Part shown: in pieces, positions 1-9,689 of the stretch
How the letters are laid out: each line of letters opens with the position of its first letter
Numbering within the stretch: the first letter of the stretch is position 1
Assembly (NCBI GenBank): GCA_002403375.1
Contig: DHHQ01000027.1
Location: forward strand, 142,401 to 206,400
DNA: 64,000 bases
Reading direction: 5' to 3'
Source: Thiobacillus denitrificans
GTDB taxonomy: Bacteria > Pseudomonadota > Gammaproteobacteria > Burkholderiales > Thiobacillaceae
The notes under the pieces: model-generated
The model's input: only the letters and a program-made list of their open reading frames with translations
Database searches by the model: none
Told to the model about the DNA's origin: nothing
Program-made: the position numbers and the translations under genes

Positions 1-199
1 TCTGCGGCGAGATCAGCAGCTCGATGCCGTTGACAATGAGGTGCTCGTCGGCCTCGCGCTCGATGTCGAAGCCCATCCCGTAATTGACGCTGCCGTCGTC
101 CTCCTGGTAGGCGGCGACGCGCAGGATCATCTCGAAAACGTCAGGGTTGTTGTTGGCGGCGCGGATCTGCGCGGCGGCGGCGTCGGTGATCTTGATCAT
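1..199 (-). CDS. dsrR: IscA/HesB-like protein DsrR (5' part only; runs off the window start)
   Basis: Manual translation MIKITDAAAAQIRAANNNPDVFEMILRVAAYQEDDGSVNYGMGFD resembles the IscA-like N-terminus; GAGGA RBS; lies directly after dsrN. Confidence 0.8.
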   Translation of the reverse strand, partial: MIKITDAAAAQIRAANNNPDVFEMILRVAAYQEDDGSVNYGMGFDIEREADEHLIVNGIELLISPQ

Positions 200-217
200 C
201 AGGTGTCCTCGAGAATT

Positions 218-1588
218 TTAGGCGGTCGCACGCGCCTTGCGCGTGCGGACCTGGTTCAGAAATGGCGCGATCCAGCCGGCCGGCCCGGCACCGCGCCGGT
301 GCACGTAGCCCGCCAGCAGGTTGTGCCGCTGATAGCCGTCATGAGTGCCGTCGATGCCGTGACCGCGCACCACCCGGTAAGCGTATATGGAGTCGCCCGG
401 GAGGTTTTCCAAGCTCGAATAGTGAAATTCATGCGCGGGAATGGTTTCCGCCTCCCGCCAGTGGTCGGCGCCGGTCGGCTGCAGGCGGGCGTAGCCCCGC
501 CCGATCGGCCGATCGTGCATGACGGTGTCGCCCGGCACCGCACCGACCATCCGGCAGGTGCGGCCCTGCCAGGTGAGGCTCTTCGACAGGTACATCAGGC
601 CGCCGCACTCCGCATAGGTCGGCAGCCCGGCCTCGACCGCCCGGCGGATGCTCTCGCGCATCGCGGCGTTGGCCTCGAGTTCGGCCATGAACATCTCGGG
701 AAAGCCGCCGCCGATGATCAGCCCGTCGAGCGCGGGAAGCCCCGCGTCGCGCAGCGTGTCGAGTTCGACGAGTTCGACATTGGCTGCGCGCAGCGCATCG
801 AGGTCTTCGCTGTAGTAGAAGCCGAAGGCCGGGTCACGGGCGATGCCGATACGAACGGGAACGCCGGACGCCGGCGGCAGCGTTGCCGCGCCCCCGGCGA
901 ACGCCGACGCGCTGTCGCCGATCGCAAGCAGCCGGTCGAGATCGACCTGCGCCGCCACCCGCTCGCCGACGAGACGGATGCGTTCGAGCGCCGCCCGTTG
1001 CTCGTTGGCGGGAACCAGTCCGAGATGGCGTTCGGCGATCTCCATCGCCGGGTCGTGCTGCACCGCGCCGATCACCTCGACGTCGGTGTAGTGCTCGATC
1101 ACCGCGCGCAGCTTCGACTCGTGCCGGCTGCCGCCGAGCTTGTTGAGGATGACGCCGGCGATGCGGATCTCGCGGTCGAACGCCTGGTAGCCGAGGATCA
1201 GCGGCGCGACGCCGCGCGTCATGCCGCGCGCGTCGATCACCAGCACCACCGGCGCGTCGAGCAGCTTGGCGAGCGCCGCATTGCTGTTGCTGCCGTCGAG
1301 GTCGAGTCCGTCGTAGAGCCCCTTGTTGCCCTCGACCAGGCTGATGCGCGCGCCGCCGGCGGCGGCCGCGAACTGCCGCTCGATCTCGTCGCGCCGCATC
1401 ATGTGGAAGTCAAGGTTGTAGCAGGGCCGCTGTGCCGCGGCTCCGAGCCACAGCGGATCGATGTAGTCGGGGCCCTTCTTGAACGGCTGGACCGCAAGGC
1501 CGCGCGCGTGCAGCGCTGCGCACAGCCCCAGCGTGAGCGTGGTCTTGCCCGACGATTTGTGCGCGGCAGAAATGAAGACGCGGGGCAT
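218..1588 (-). CDS. dsrN: Siroheme amidase / cobyrinate a,c-diamide synthase-like DsrN
   Basis: SAAHKSSGKTT P-loop, KKGPDYIDP, glutaminase motif YAECGG...HEFHYS; position after dsrP; start could be 1636. Confidence 0.9.
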   Translation of the reverse strand: MPRVFISAAHKSSGKTTLTLGLCAALHARGLAVQPFKKGPDYIDPLWLGAAAQRPCYNLDFHMMRRDEIERQFAAAAGGARISLVEGNKGLYDGLDLDGSNSNAALAKLLDAPVVLVIDARGMTRGVAPLILGYQAFDREIRIAGVILNKLGGSRHESKLRAVIEHYTDVEVIGAVQHDPAMEIAERHLGLVPANEQRAALERIRLVGERVAAQVDLDRLLAIGDSASAFAGGAATLPPASGVPVRIGIARDPAFGFYYSEDLDALRAANVELVELDTLRDAGLPALDGLIIGGGFPEMFMAELEANAAMRESIRRAVEAGLPTYAECGGLMYLSKSLTWQGRTCRMVGAVPGDTVMHDRPIGRGYARLQPTGADHWREAETIPAHEFHYSSLENLPGDSIYAYRVVRGHGIDGTHDGYQRHNLLAGYVHRRGAGPAGWIAPFLNQVRTRKARATA

Positions 1589-1646
1589 ATTCGCCCCGCG
1601 TCCGGTTGTTGCGTCGGTGATGGCTTGCGTGGTCATGTCGGACGAT

Positions 1647-1672
1647 CCCCGCCGGGTTTCCGCCCGGCGGGG
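1647..1672 (-). other. Intercistronic GC stem-loop between dsrP and dsrN
   Basis: CCCCGCCGGG-N6-CCCGGCGGGG 10-bp stem with no U-tract. Confidence 0.6.
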
Positions 1673-1681
1673 CTCATGCGA

Positions 1682-2884
1682 TCAATGCTCCAGCTTGGCG
1701 ACGGTGGCGTCGTCCAGGCTGGCCGGCAACAGGCGCAGCACCTTGATGGCGAACGTCGTCACCAGCAGGGCGATGGCAATGCCGCCGAGGCCGAGGAATA
1801 TCTCGGGCATGCTGGGCGAGTAGCCGTGCACTTCACCGTCGAAGAAACTGCTCTTCTCGATCAGGCCCGGGAACATGTCCAGCGGATACGCCTGGGCGCC
1901 GATGATGGTCACGTACATCTGCGCCAGTCCGCCGAGGACGATCAGCGCACACGCGATCATGATCCAGGTCCGGCTGCGGCCCAGGCCGGTCAGCAGGATC
2001 ACCAGCGGGATCACGCCGCCGACGAGGATCTGGCCGACCCAGAACAGCGTGGTGAAGATGCCGCCGTCGCGCAGGATGAAGGCCTCCACGGCGTGGAACT
2101 TGGTGAAGTACAGGTTCGTCATGTGGTGCACGACGACGAAGTACAGCACCGCAGCGACGAACACCGCGAGCAGGGTCTTCAGCCGCATCATGACGGCATC
2201 GCCGAGCGGGCGGCCGGTCCAGGCGTACGCGGCAGCCAGCACCATGAGATAGATCGCCAGGCCGTAGGCGAACGACATGATGATGAACATCGGCGCCAGC
2301 AGGCCGGTGCCGTAGAGTTCACGCGCGACCAGGAAGCCGAACAGCGAACCGGTACCGGTGGTCAGCACCAGGCGCCAGATGAAGGCCGCGGTGCCCGCCG
2401 CCTTCGAGTACGACTTCACGCTGCGGTCGAGCATCGTCCACAGGTAGACGCCGACCAGCGCGAAGAAGCCGCTGTACAGGAACACGTTCCAGGTGAACAT
2501 CGACTTGAAGTTGAAGTTCGTCATCGCCACGATCAGGCGGTCGGAACGTCCGAGGTCGAGCACCAGCACCAGCAGGCCGCCGAGCATCAGCGCCAGCGAC
2601 AGGATCGCCGACAACGGCGCCAGCGGCTTGTACATCGGCTTGTTGAACACCGAGGCGATCGACGCGACGTTGAGCGCCCCCGAGGCCGCGACGATCAGGA
2701 ACACCGCGAACACGTGCGGCAGGCCCCACACGATCTGGTTGTCCATGCCGGTCACGACGTGGCCGTGGTGGTGCATGTAGTTCCAGGCCAGGGCGCCGAA
2801 CAGCACGAACAGGCCGAGGAATCCGAACAGCGCCCAGTACTTCGGGCTGCTGCCCTCTACTTCGCGGAAGGTAATGCTTGCCAT
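1682..2884 (-). CDS. dsrP: DsrP, NrfD/PsrC-type integral membrane subunit
   Basis: Many hydrophobic helices, VVTGMDNQIVWGLP and LDLGRSDR NrfD-like motifs; operon position. Confidence 0.93.
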   Translation of the reverse strand: MASITFREVEGSSPKYWALFGFLGLFVLFGALAWNYMHHHGHVVTGMDNQIVWGLPHVFAVFLIVAASGALNVASIASVFNKPMYKPLAPLSAILSLALMLGGLLVLVLDLGRSDRLIVAMTNFNFKSMFTWNVFLYSGFFALVGVYLWTMLDRSVKSYSKAAGTAAFIWRLVLTTGTGSLFGFLVARELYGTGLLAPMFIIMSFAYGLAIYLMVLAAAYAWTGRPLGDAVMMRLKTLLAVFVAAVLYFVVVHHMTNLYFTKFHAVEAFILRDGGIFTTLFWVGQILVGGVIPLVILLTGLGRSRTWIMIACALIVLGGLAQMYVTIIGAQAYPLDMFPGLIEKSSFFDGEVHGYSPSMPEIFLGLGGIAIALLVTTFAIKVLRLLPASLDDATVAKLEH

Positions 2885-2890
2885 GTTGTT

Positions 2891-3670
2891 TTAGATTCCG
2901 TGATAGCGAACGCCGAGGTTGAGATTGAGGTCGGCACGCACCTGCTTGGTCGGCAGTTCGCGCAGACGCCTGGAAATCTCGCTTTCGGGGTCATTCATGT
3001 CGCCGAACAGCAGGGCGTTGTGGCCGGCGGCGGTGCACGCCTCGGCGCACGCCGTATTGCCGTCGCCACGATCGACCTTCTGCACGCAGAAGGTGCACGC
3101 CTCGACGCAGCCGATGCCGCGCGGAACGTCCGGCTTCTGGGTGTCGTTCAGCGACTCGTGCACCAGCGAACGCGCCTTGTACGGGCACGCCATCATGCAG
3201 TAGCGGCAGCCGATGCAGGTATGGCGGTTGACCAGCACGATGCCGTCGGCGCGCTTGAACGACGCGCCGGTCGGGCACACGTCGACGCACGGCGGCTCGG
3301 CGCAGTGCTGGCACAGCATCGGCAGGTTGGTTTCCATCTGCGTCAGCGGATCCTGCAGCTCGAGCTTGCGGATCCACTGCGGCGCCTGCTTGGGATGCTT
3401 GCTCTCCGCCACCGGGGTCCAGCCGTTCTCGGTGCTGCAAGCCGTCACGCAGTCATTGCAGCCGGTCGCGCACTTGGTCGCGTCGACCAGCATGCCCCAG
3501 CGCACCGCGCTGCTGGCGGGCTGGTCTTCGGGGCGGCCGTGCGCCACTTCGATCAGCATCACGCCGGGCGCGATCGCCAGGCCCGCTGCGGTCGCCGTCG
3601 CGGCGCCGACGAAACGGCGACGCTCGGGCGAGCTGGGCGTGTTGTCGGACATCGGTTTCATATCGCTCAT
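2891..3670 (-). CDS. dsrO: DsrO, Tat-exported 4Fe-4S ferredoxin-like subunit
   Basis: ERRRFV twin-arginine signal; CATGCNDCVTAC, CQHCAEPPCVDVCP, CIGCRYCMMACP clusters. Confidence 0.93.
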   Translation of the reverse strand: MSDMKPMSDNTPSSPERRRFVGAATATAAGLAIAPGVMLIEVAHGRPEDQPASSAVRWGMLVDATKCATGCNDCVTACSTENGWTPVAESKHPKQAPQWIRKLELQDPLTQMETNLPMLCQHCAEPPCVDVCPTGASFKRADGIVLVNRHTCIGCRYCMMACPYKARSLVHESLNDTQKPDVPRGIGCVEACTFCVQKVDRGDGNTACAEACTAAGHNALLFGDMNDPESEISRRLRELPTKQVRADLNLNLGVRYHGI

Positions 3671-4164
3671 TTGGCAATCCCAGCCATCTCTTCGGCACTC
3701 ACCTTGGCATTGGCCTGGGAGGCGAGCTTGTGCTTGTAATGGGCGGTTTCAGCGTTCAGCGAGTGCATCGCCGCCGAGCCTTGCGGCTTGGTGGAGTGGC
3801 AATCGAAGCAGTCGATCTTGACCGCCGCGTAGCTGTGGCAGCTCACGCAGAAGTCCTCCTTGGCGGCTGCGACGCTGCCCGTCTGCTCGCTGGCGTGGCA
3901 GTTGATGCACTCCTTCAGGCTGTGCTTCGGGGTGCGCACCCCCTCGATCACGGTCTTGTCGCGATGCACGTTGAGCAGCTTCATGTGGTTCTTCCGCATG
4001 TACTCGGTGTCTTCCACGCACTGCTCACCCTTTACCGCCTTGGTGATGACCGGCTTGGGCGCGTCGCCCGCCTGGGCCGGGCCGACGGCCAGGCCCAGGC
4101 CGAGGACGGCGGCCGTCAGGACGGCCGAACCCCGCGCCAGCAGACTCTTGATCTTGCTGGCCAC
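3667..4164 (-). CDS. dsrJ: DsrJ periplasmic triheme cytochrome c
   Basis: Signal peptide; three CxxCH motifs (CINCH, CVSCH, CFDCH); between dsrL and dsrO. Confidence 0.92.
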   Translation of the reverse strand: MASKIKSLLARGSAVLTAAVLGLGLAVGPAQAGDAPKPVITKAVKGEQCVEDTEYMRKNHMKLLNVHRDKTVIEGVRTPKHSLKECINCHASEQTGSVAAAKEDFCVSCHSYAAVKIDCFDCHSTKPQGSAAMHSLNAETAHYKHKLASQANAKVSAEEMAGIAK

Positions 4165-4166
4165 GC

Positions 4167-6128
4167 TCAGTCACCCATACCCATGACGATGTAGCCGGTC
4201 GGGCAGACGTCGGCACAGATGTGGCAGCCGATGCACTTCGCGTAGTCGGTGTCGACGTAACGACCCACGGTGGGGTTGTCCTTCTTCTTCACCTTGAACA
4301 CGGCGGTCTGCGGGCAGTAGACCACGCAGTTGTCGCACTCGAAGCACTGGCCACAGGACATGCAGCGCTTGGCTTCGTCGATGACGGCTTTCTCCGACAG
4401 GGCGTGCAGGCGCTCCTCGAAGTTGCCCAGTGCGCCTTCCTTGTCGAGCACGGTCACTTCACGGATGTGACGCGCCACGTTGGGGAAGTGGCCGAGGAAC
4501 AGCTCGTTGTGCGGGATGATGTGGCGCGCCGAGCGGTCTTCGAAGTTGTGCAGGATGTCCTTGCGCTCCGAGGTGCCCCAGATCTGGCCCTTGACTTCGC
4601 TGTACTCGTGGCCGGATTCGAGCCACTTGCGGATCTCGTCGAAGTGGTGGACGTCGACCTTCGGGCGCTTGTCGAGCTCCTTGCCGGCGAGGAAGGCGTC
4701 GATGCCGTCGACGGCGATCGAGGCGTGGCCGATCGCGGTGGTCAGCAGGTGCGGACGGATCACGTCGCCGCCGACGAACACCTTTTCGTTGTTCGGGAAA
4801 CGGTAGTTCTTGTCGGCCTTGATCAGACCGTTGTTGTTGTTGAACTGCTCGAGACCGGTGAAATCGACGCCCTGGCCGATCGCGGAAACGATCAGGTCGG
4901 CCGGCAGGTCACGCTCGGTGCCCTCGACGATCTTGGTCTGGTTGCCTTCCATCACGAAGTCGGCAACGCGCAGCGCAGTGGCGCGGCCGTTGGCGTCGAC
5001 GACCACGGCAACCGGGGTCACCCCGCCGATGATCTCGATGCCTTCCTGCTGGGCATGCTCGACCTCGTGCTTGTTGGCGGCCATCTTGTCGATGGTGGCA
5101 CGCGACACCAGCACGACTTCGGCGCCTTCGCGGGCAGAGATCGAGGCGACGTCGGACGCCATGTGGCCGGCGATGACGTTCTCGGGACGCTCGTCACGGG
5201 TGCCTTCCTTGGTCACGTTGCCCAGACGGCGGGCCACGGTCGCGACGTCGATCGAGGTGTCGCCGCCGCCGATGACGACGACGCGGTTACCGACGTGCTG
5301 CAGGCGGCCCTCGTTGAACGCGCGCAGGAACGCAACGGCGGTCACGCAGTTGGGGGCCTCGGCGCCGGGAACCGGCAGCGGACGGCCAGCCTGGGCACCC
5401 ATCGCCATGAAGATGGCGTCGTAGTTCTTGTCCAGCTCGTCGAAGCTGATGTCGGTGCCGACGCGGGTCTTCAGGCGCGTCTCGACGCCCAGCGCGATGA
5501 TGCGGCCGATTTCGGCGTCGAGCATCTCACGCGGGGTACGGAAGCCGGGAATGCCGTAGCGCATCATGCCGCCGAGCTCTTCGTGCTCGTCGAAGATGGT
5601 GACGGCGTGGCCGCGCAGGCGCAGCTGGTAGGCAGCGGCCAGGCCGGCAGGGCCGGCGCCGATGATGGCGACCTTCTTGCCGGTTTCGGCAGCGGTCGAG
5701 GTGAAGCCCATGTTGTTGGCGATGCCCCAGTCGCCGACGAAGTGCTCGACCGAGTTGATGCCGACGTGGTCTTCGACCATGTTGCGGTTACAGCCGGATT
5801 CGCAAGGCGCCGGGCAGACGCGGCCCATGACGCCAGGGAAGGGGTTGGCTTCGGTGATGCGGCGGAACGCATATTCCTGCCAGGTCACGCCTGCCGGCGG
5901 CTTCTCGATGCCGCGCACGATGTTCAGGTAGCCGCGGATGTCTTCACCGGCCGGGCAGGAACCCTGGCAGGGCGGCGTGGAGAGCATGTATTCCGGGCAC
6001 TTGTGCGTCCAGCTCGACTGGAAAATACGGTCCTGCGAAGAACGGTAGTTCTGGTCGGACTCGCCGTCTTTATAACGACGCCATGTCATGCCTTCGGTCT
6101 TTGATGCTTTGTTCGTCGTGACAGCCAT
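4167..6128 (-). CDS. dsrL: DsrL iron-sulfur flavoprotein, NAD(P)H oxidoreductase
   Basis: N-terminal Fe-S (PPCQGSCP, GRVCPAPCESGC), two GxGxxG motifs, C-terminal 2x4Fe-4S domain. Confidence 0.95.
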   Translation of the reverse strand: MAVTTNKASKTEGMTWRRYKDGESDQNYRSSQDRIFQSSWTHKCPEYMLSTPPCQGSCPAGEDIRGYLNIVRGIEKPPAGVTWQEYAFRRITEANPFPGVMGRVCPAPCESGCNRNMVEDHVGINSVEHFVGDWGIANNMGFTSTAAETGKKVAIIGAGPAGLAAAYQLRLRGHAVTIFDEHEELGGMMRYGIPGFRTPREMLDAEIGRIIALGVETRLKTRVGTDISFDELDKNYDAIFMAMGAQAGRPLPVPGAEAPNCVTAVAFLRAFNEGRLQHVGNRVVVIGGGDTSIDVATVARRLGNVTKEGTRDERPENVIAGHMASDVASISAREGAEVVLVSRATIDKMAANKHEVEHAQQEGIEIIGGVTPVAVVVDANGRATALRVADFVMEGNQTKIVEGTERDLPADLIVSAIGQGVDFTGLEQFNNNNGLIKADKNYRFPNNEKVFVGGDVIRPHLLTTAIGHASIAVDGIDAFLAGKELDKRPKVDVHHFDEIRKWLESGHEYSEVKGQIWGTSERKDILHNFEDRSARHIIPHNELFLGHFPNVARHIREVTVLDKEGALGNFEERLHALSEKAVIDEAKRCMSCGQCFECDNCVVYCPQTAVFKVKKKDNPTVGRYVDTDYAKCIGCHICADVCPTGYIVMGMGD

Positions 6129-6176
6129 GTTGGTTCTCCTAACGCCTACGAAATAAATTGAATATTCAAACGATGA

Positions 6177-7700
6177 TCAATCGAGCTTGATCGCCTTGCT
6201 GACCAGTTGATGGACACCGCCCACCATGCTCATGTCGAAGCCATACTTGGGCAAAACCTTGGTGAACTGCGCCTTGCAGATGGCGCAGATCGTGGCCATG
6301 AAATTGACCTGGTGTTCCTTGACCACGTTGTTGAGCGCGGTCATGCGCGGCAGCGCACCCTTGACGCGGACTTCCATCAGGTCGTCCGTCAGCAGGCCGC
6401 CGCCACCGCCGCAGCAGAACGTCGATTCGTAGATCGTTTCGTCCGCCATGTTGTGGAAGTTGTTCGCCACCGACTTGATCAGCTCGCGCGGAATCGTGAA
6501 CTGGCCGCCGGGCTCGGTGCCCATGCGCGACGCGCGTGCGACGTTGCACGAGTCGTGGTAGGTCACGACCATGTCGTCGTTCTGTGACGGGTCGACCTTG
6601 ATCGTGCCGGCCTTGATCAGGTCGTTGGTCAGTTCGCAGATGTGCTGCGGCTGCGGGTAGTTCGGGTCGAGCTGCTTCTGCAGTTCGATCGAGAACGGAT
6701 CGTTGCCGCCGTAGCCGATGCCGGTCAGCGTGTTCCAGAAGCTGTAGGCGACGCGCCAGGCGTGGCCGCACTCGCCGACGACGATGCGCTTGACGCCGAG
6801 TTCCAGCGCCGCGTCGCGAATGCGCATCGCGACCTTGCGCATGGTCTCGTAGTTGCCGTTGAACAGGCCGAAGTTGCCCGCTTCCGACGCGTGCGAGGAC
6901 AGCGTCCAGCTGATGCCTGCGGCATGGAACACCTTGGCGTAGCCGATCAGCGATTCGACGTGCGGCTCGGAGAAGAAGTCGGCCGAGGGGGTCACCAGCA
7001 GGACTTCGGCGCCCTTCACGTCCATCGGCATCTTCACCGGCACGCCGGTGTCGGCCTCGATGTCCTCTTCCAGGCCTTCCAGCGTGTCTTCCAGCGCCGG
7101 GCCCGGCAGGCCGAGGTTGTTGCCGATCTTCTGGACCTTGCCGAGAATCTCGTTGGAGTACTTCTGCCCCATGCCGACGTGGTTGAGGATCTCACGGCCG
7201 GCCATGGTGATCTCGGCGGTATCGATGCCGTACGGGCAGAACACCGAGCAGCGACGGCACTCCGAGCACTGGTGGTAGTAGCTGTACCACTCGTCGAGAA
7301 TGTCCTTGGTCAGGTCCTTGGCGCCCACCAGCTTGGGGAACAGCTTGCCCGCGGTCGTGAAGTAGCGGCGGTACACCTGGCGCATCAGATCCTGGCGCGC
7401 CACCGGCATGTTCTTCGGATCCGAGGTGCCGAGATAGTAGTGGCACTTGTCGGTGCACGCGCCGCAATGCACGCAGGCGTCGAGGAAGACCTTCAGCGAG
7501 CGGTACTTGCCGAGCAGGTCGCCCATCTTGTCGATGGCGCGCTCTTTCCAGTCGTCGCCCAGCTCGTGCGGGTAACCCATGAAGTCCTGCACCGGCTTGG
7601 CGGCGATAAAGGACTTGACATGCGCCGTCGCGCCTTCCCGCAGCTTGGGAACCTCGATGTAGTCCTTGAGTTCTGGAGTTTCAAATTCAGCAGCAGCCAC
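6177..7700 (-). CDS. dsrK: DsrK, HdrD-like catalytic subunit
   Basis: CVHCGACTDKC and CSECRRCSVFCP clusters; CCG-domain motifs YHDSC, CCGGGG. Confidence 0.95.
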   Translation of the reverse strand: MAAAEFETPELKDYIEVPKLREGATAHVKSFIAAKPVQDFMGYPHELGDDWKERAIDKMGDLLGKYRSLKVFLDACVHCGACTDKCHYYLGTSDPKNMPVARQDLMRQVYRRYFTTAGKLFPKLVGAKDLTKDILDEWYSYYHQCSECRRCSVFCPYGIDTAEITMAGREILNHVGMGQKYSNEILGKVQKIGNNLGLPGPALEDTLEGLEEDIEADTGVPVKMPMDVKGAEVLLVTPSADFFSEPHVESLIGYAKVFHAAGISWTLSSHASEAGNFGLFNGNYETMRKVAMRIRDAALELGVKRIVVGECGHAWRVAYSFWNTLTGIGYGGNDPFSIELQKQLDPNYPQPQHICELTNDLIKAGTIKVDPSQNDDMVVTYHDSCNVARASRMGTEPGGQFTIPRELIKSVANNFHNMADETIYESTFCCGGGGGLLTDDLMEVRVKGALPRMTALNNVVKEHQVNFMATICAICKAQFTKVLPKYGFDMSMVGGVHQLVSKAIKLD

Positions 7701-7750
7701 TTGAGAGTCCTTTGTCCGTACTTATGCGTTCGTCGATTCGCGTCGACGAA

Positions 7751-8485
7751 TCAGTTGTTCTGATCGAGGCGCGCGGCCCACGCCGCCACATGGCGGTGCT
7801 CGCGCGGGTTGTCGGCCTGGTTGCGCGTCGGGCTGAAGAAGATGCCCGGGGCGTGCAGCAGCTTGCTGACCGGGAAGATCACCATCAGCAGCGCGACCAG
7901 CGCCAGGTGCGCCAGCAGGATCGGGTCCGCCGGAAGCGGCTGCACGTCGAAGTACATCAGACCCATGAAGAAGGCCTTCAGGCCGACGATGTCGGTGTGC
8001 GCGACGAAGGTCATCAGCATGCCGGACACGCCGATCGCGATCAGCAGCACCAGCATCAGGTAGTCGGAGGGCGTCGAGATGTAGCGGACGCGGTCGACGA
8101 CGAAACGGCGGGCGAGCAGGCCAGCGAGACCGATCACCATCATGATGCTGGCGTACTTGCCGAACGGCTGGATGAAGCCGACCCACGACCACACCGGCTC
8201 GGTGAAGTAGCGCAGATGGCGGGCCAGCACGAGGAACAGGCCGAAGTGGAACAGCCAGCCGAACACCCAGATCCACTTGTTCGACTTGAACAGGGATTCG
8301 AACAGCACCACTTCCTTCGCCATCCGGTAGACGACGCCCTTCTGCGTCGTCGGCGCCGGGGTGGTGGGAATCTTCAGCGGCGCAGGCGTGCGGCTGTAGT
8401 CATAAATCTTGAAAACCAGGCCGGCCACCAGCAACAGGGTGGCAAGGTAAAACATCCCGGCATAAATGATCGTCAAAGTAGACAA
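7751..8485 (-). CDS. dsrM: DsrM, NarI-like diheme cytochrome b
   Basis: Five hydrophobic helices with His ligands (LFHFG, ARHLRY, LAHLAL, LLHAPG); TTG start. Confidence 0.92.
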   Translation of the reverse strand: MSTLTIIYAGMFYLATLLLVAGLVFKIYDYSRTPAPLKIPTTPAPTTQKGVVYRMAKEVVLFESLFKSNKWIWVFGWLFHFGLFLVLARHLRYFTEPVWSWVGFIQPFGKYASIMMVIGLAGLLARRFVVDRVRYISTPSDYLMLVLLIAIGVSGMLMTFVAHTDIVGLKAFFMGLMYFDVQPLPADPILLAHLALVALLMVIFPVSKLLHAPGIFFSPTRNQADNPREHRHVAAWAARLDQNN

Positions 8486-8570
8486 ACTCTATCCCCTAAC
8501 TTCGTTGTGTTTACGAATCGAACGCAGGGCGGGCCGGCATTCGATTGGGAAACACCGCGTGAAAATCGAA

Positions 8571-8598
8571 GTCGCCCCGGAAACAGCCCCGGGGCGAC
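8571..8598 (-). other. Intercistronic stem-loop after dsrC
   Basis: GTCGCCCCGG-N8-CCGGGGCGAC 10-bp stem with no U-tract. Confidence 0.6.
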
Positions 8599-8613
8599 CC
8601 GACGTGCTACGGC

Positions 8614-8949
8614 TTAGATACAGCCGGTCGGCTTGGGCAGGCCAGCGATCTTACAAGCCTGCTTGGCGGGGCCGTAGGGGAACAACTCGTACAGGTACTT
8701 GTTGTTGCCCTTCTCGGGGCCGAGCTTCTTGCCGATGGCCTTGGTCAGAACGCGCACAGCGGGAGCGATCTGATACTCGGCGTAGTACTCGCGCAGGAAG
8801 TTGACGACTTCCCAGTGAGCGTCGGTCAGGTCGACCTTCTCTTCGACAGCCATGTACTTGGCGATGTCTTCGTTCCACTGCGACAGGTCGACCAGATAGC
8901 CTTCCTCGTCAACTTCGACTTCCTTACCGGCGATGTTCACCATAGGCAT
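8614..8949 (-). CDS. dsrC: DsrC sulfur carrier
   Basis: C-terminus KQACKIAGLPKPTGCI carries both conserved cysteines (C-X10-C); AAGGAG RBS before ATG 8949. Confidence 0.96.
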   Translation of the reverse strand: MPMVNIAGKEVEVDEEGYLVDLSQWNEDIAKYMAVEEKVDLTDAHWEVVNFLREYYAEYQIAPAVRVLTKAIGKKLGPEKGNNKYLYELFPYGPAKQACKIAGLPKPTGCI

Positions 8950-8972
8950 AGCAATACTCCTTCGATTAAAAG

Positions 8973-9272
8973 TTACAGCCAAGACTGACAGTTGCTGTGT
9001 TCTGCGACCAGATCCACAAAACCGCCGTAATCCACGACATTGACACCGTCCAGCACGCGCCCGGCCATGCCGCGCGCCGCCAGGTCGGGACCGAGTGCGT
9101 AAATCTTGAGGTCAGCTTGTGCTGCCTGGATTTTCGCCGCTGCCGCGCCGCCCTTCGTCGCCGCGTAGACCGCGTCTTCGATCAGCAGAACGGCAGAACC
9201 CTTGGTGGCCAGGCGCAGGCAGCTTTCCAGCGAGCTGCGCTCAGTGGCCGATTTATTCACGATATGCAGCAT
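8973..9272 (-). CDS. dsrH: DsrH (TusB-like)
   Basis: MLHIVNKS...LLIEDAVYAA...LAARG; order dsrEFH. Confidence 0.94.
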   Translation of the reverse strand: MLHIVNKSATERSSLESCLRLATKGSAVLLIEDAVYAATKGGAAAAKIQAAQADLKIYALGPDLAARGMAGRVLDGVNVVDYGGFVDLVAEHSNCQSWL

Positions 9273-9282
9273 GTCTGTCCCC

Positions 9283-9678
9283 TTAGAAGCTGATCACGAC
9301 GTCTTGCTCGGCCATGAGATTCTTCATCTCGTCGTCCGACATAACGGTCACATCAACAATCAGATCATCTTCGGTCAGGCCACGCGCTTCCATCGAAGTG
9401 CGGTCGACATAGAGCTTCTCGATGTCATAGCCTTCAAGCGCACGGTAGGTCTTGGAGAAATCCTTGACCTCGATACCCTTGGTATCGATGCCCTTCATCA
9501 ACTGGTAGACACCGTCGTCGGTGAACACCAGGCTTACGTCCTGATCGAAAGCGGCGGTAATCAGCACCACTTCCAGGCCCTCGAGCGCGTACACGGTACC
9601 GTGCGGCGCCTTGCGGTTCAGGAACATGAATTTCTTGACGATGCCGGAGCCGTCGTCTTCCATATCCATATCGCTCAT
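9283..9678 (-). CDS. dsrF: DsrF (TusC-like)
   Basis: KKFMFLNRKAPHGT...FTDDGVYQL; GAGG RBS before ATG 9678. Confidence 0.93.
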   Translation of the reverse strand: MSDMDMEDDGSGIVKKFMFLNRKAPHGTVYALEGLEVVLITAAFDQDVSLVFTDDGVYQLMKGIDTKGIEVKDFSKTYRALEGYDIEKLYVDRTSMEARGLTEDDLIVDVTVMSDDEMKNLMAEQDVVISF

Positions 9679-9689
9679 CTCGTTATTCC

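Noticed and set aside
41-3739. 1232-aa plus-strand ORF and similar long antisense ORFs (e.g. 4221-6104, 11330-12667, 26710-28212, 34791-37355, 48859-50952, 60486-63110)
   Set aside because: They are shadows of well-supported opposite-strand genes in high-GC DNA, with no recognisable motifs
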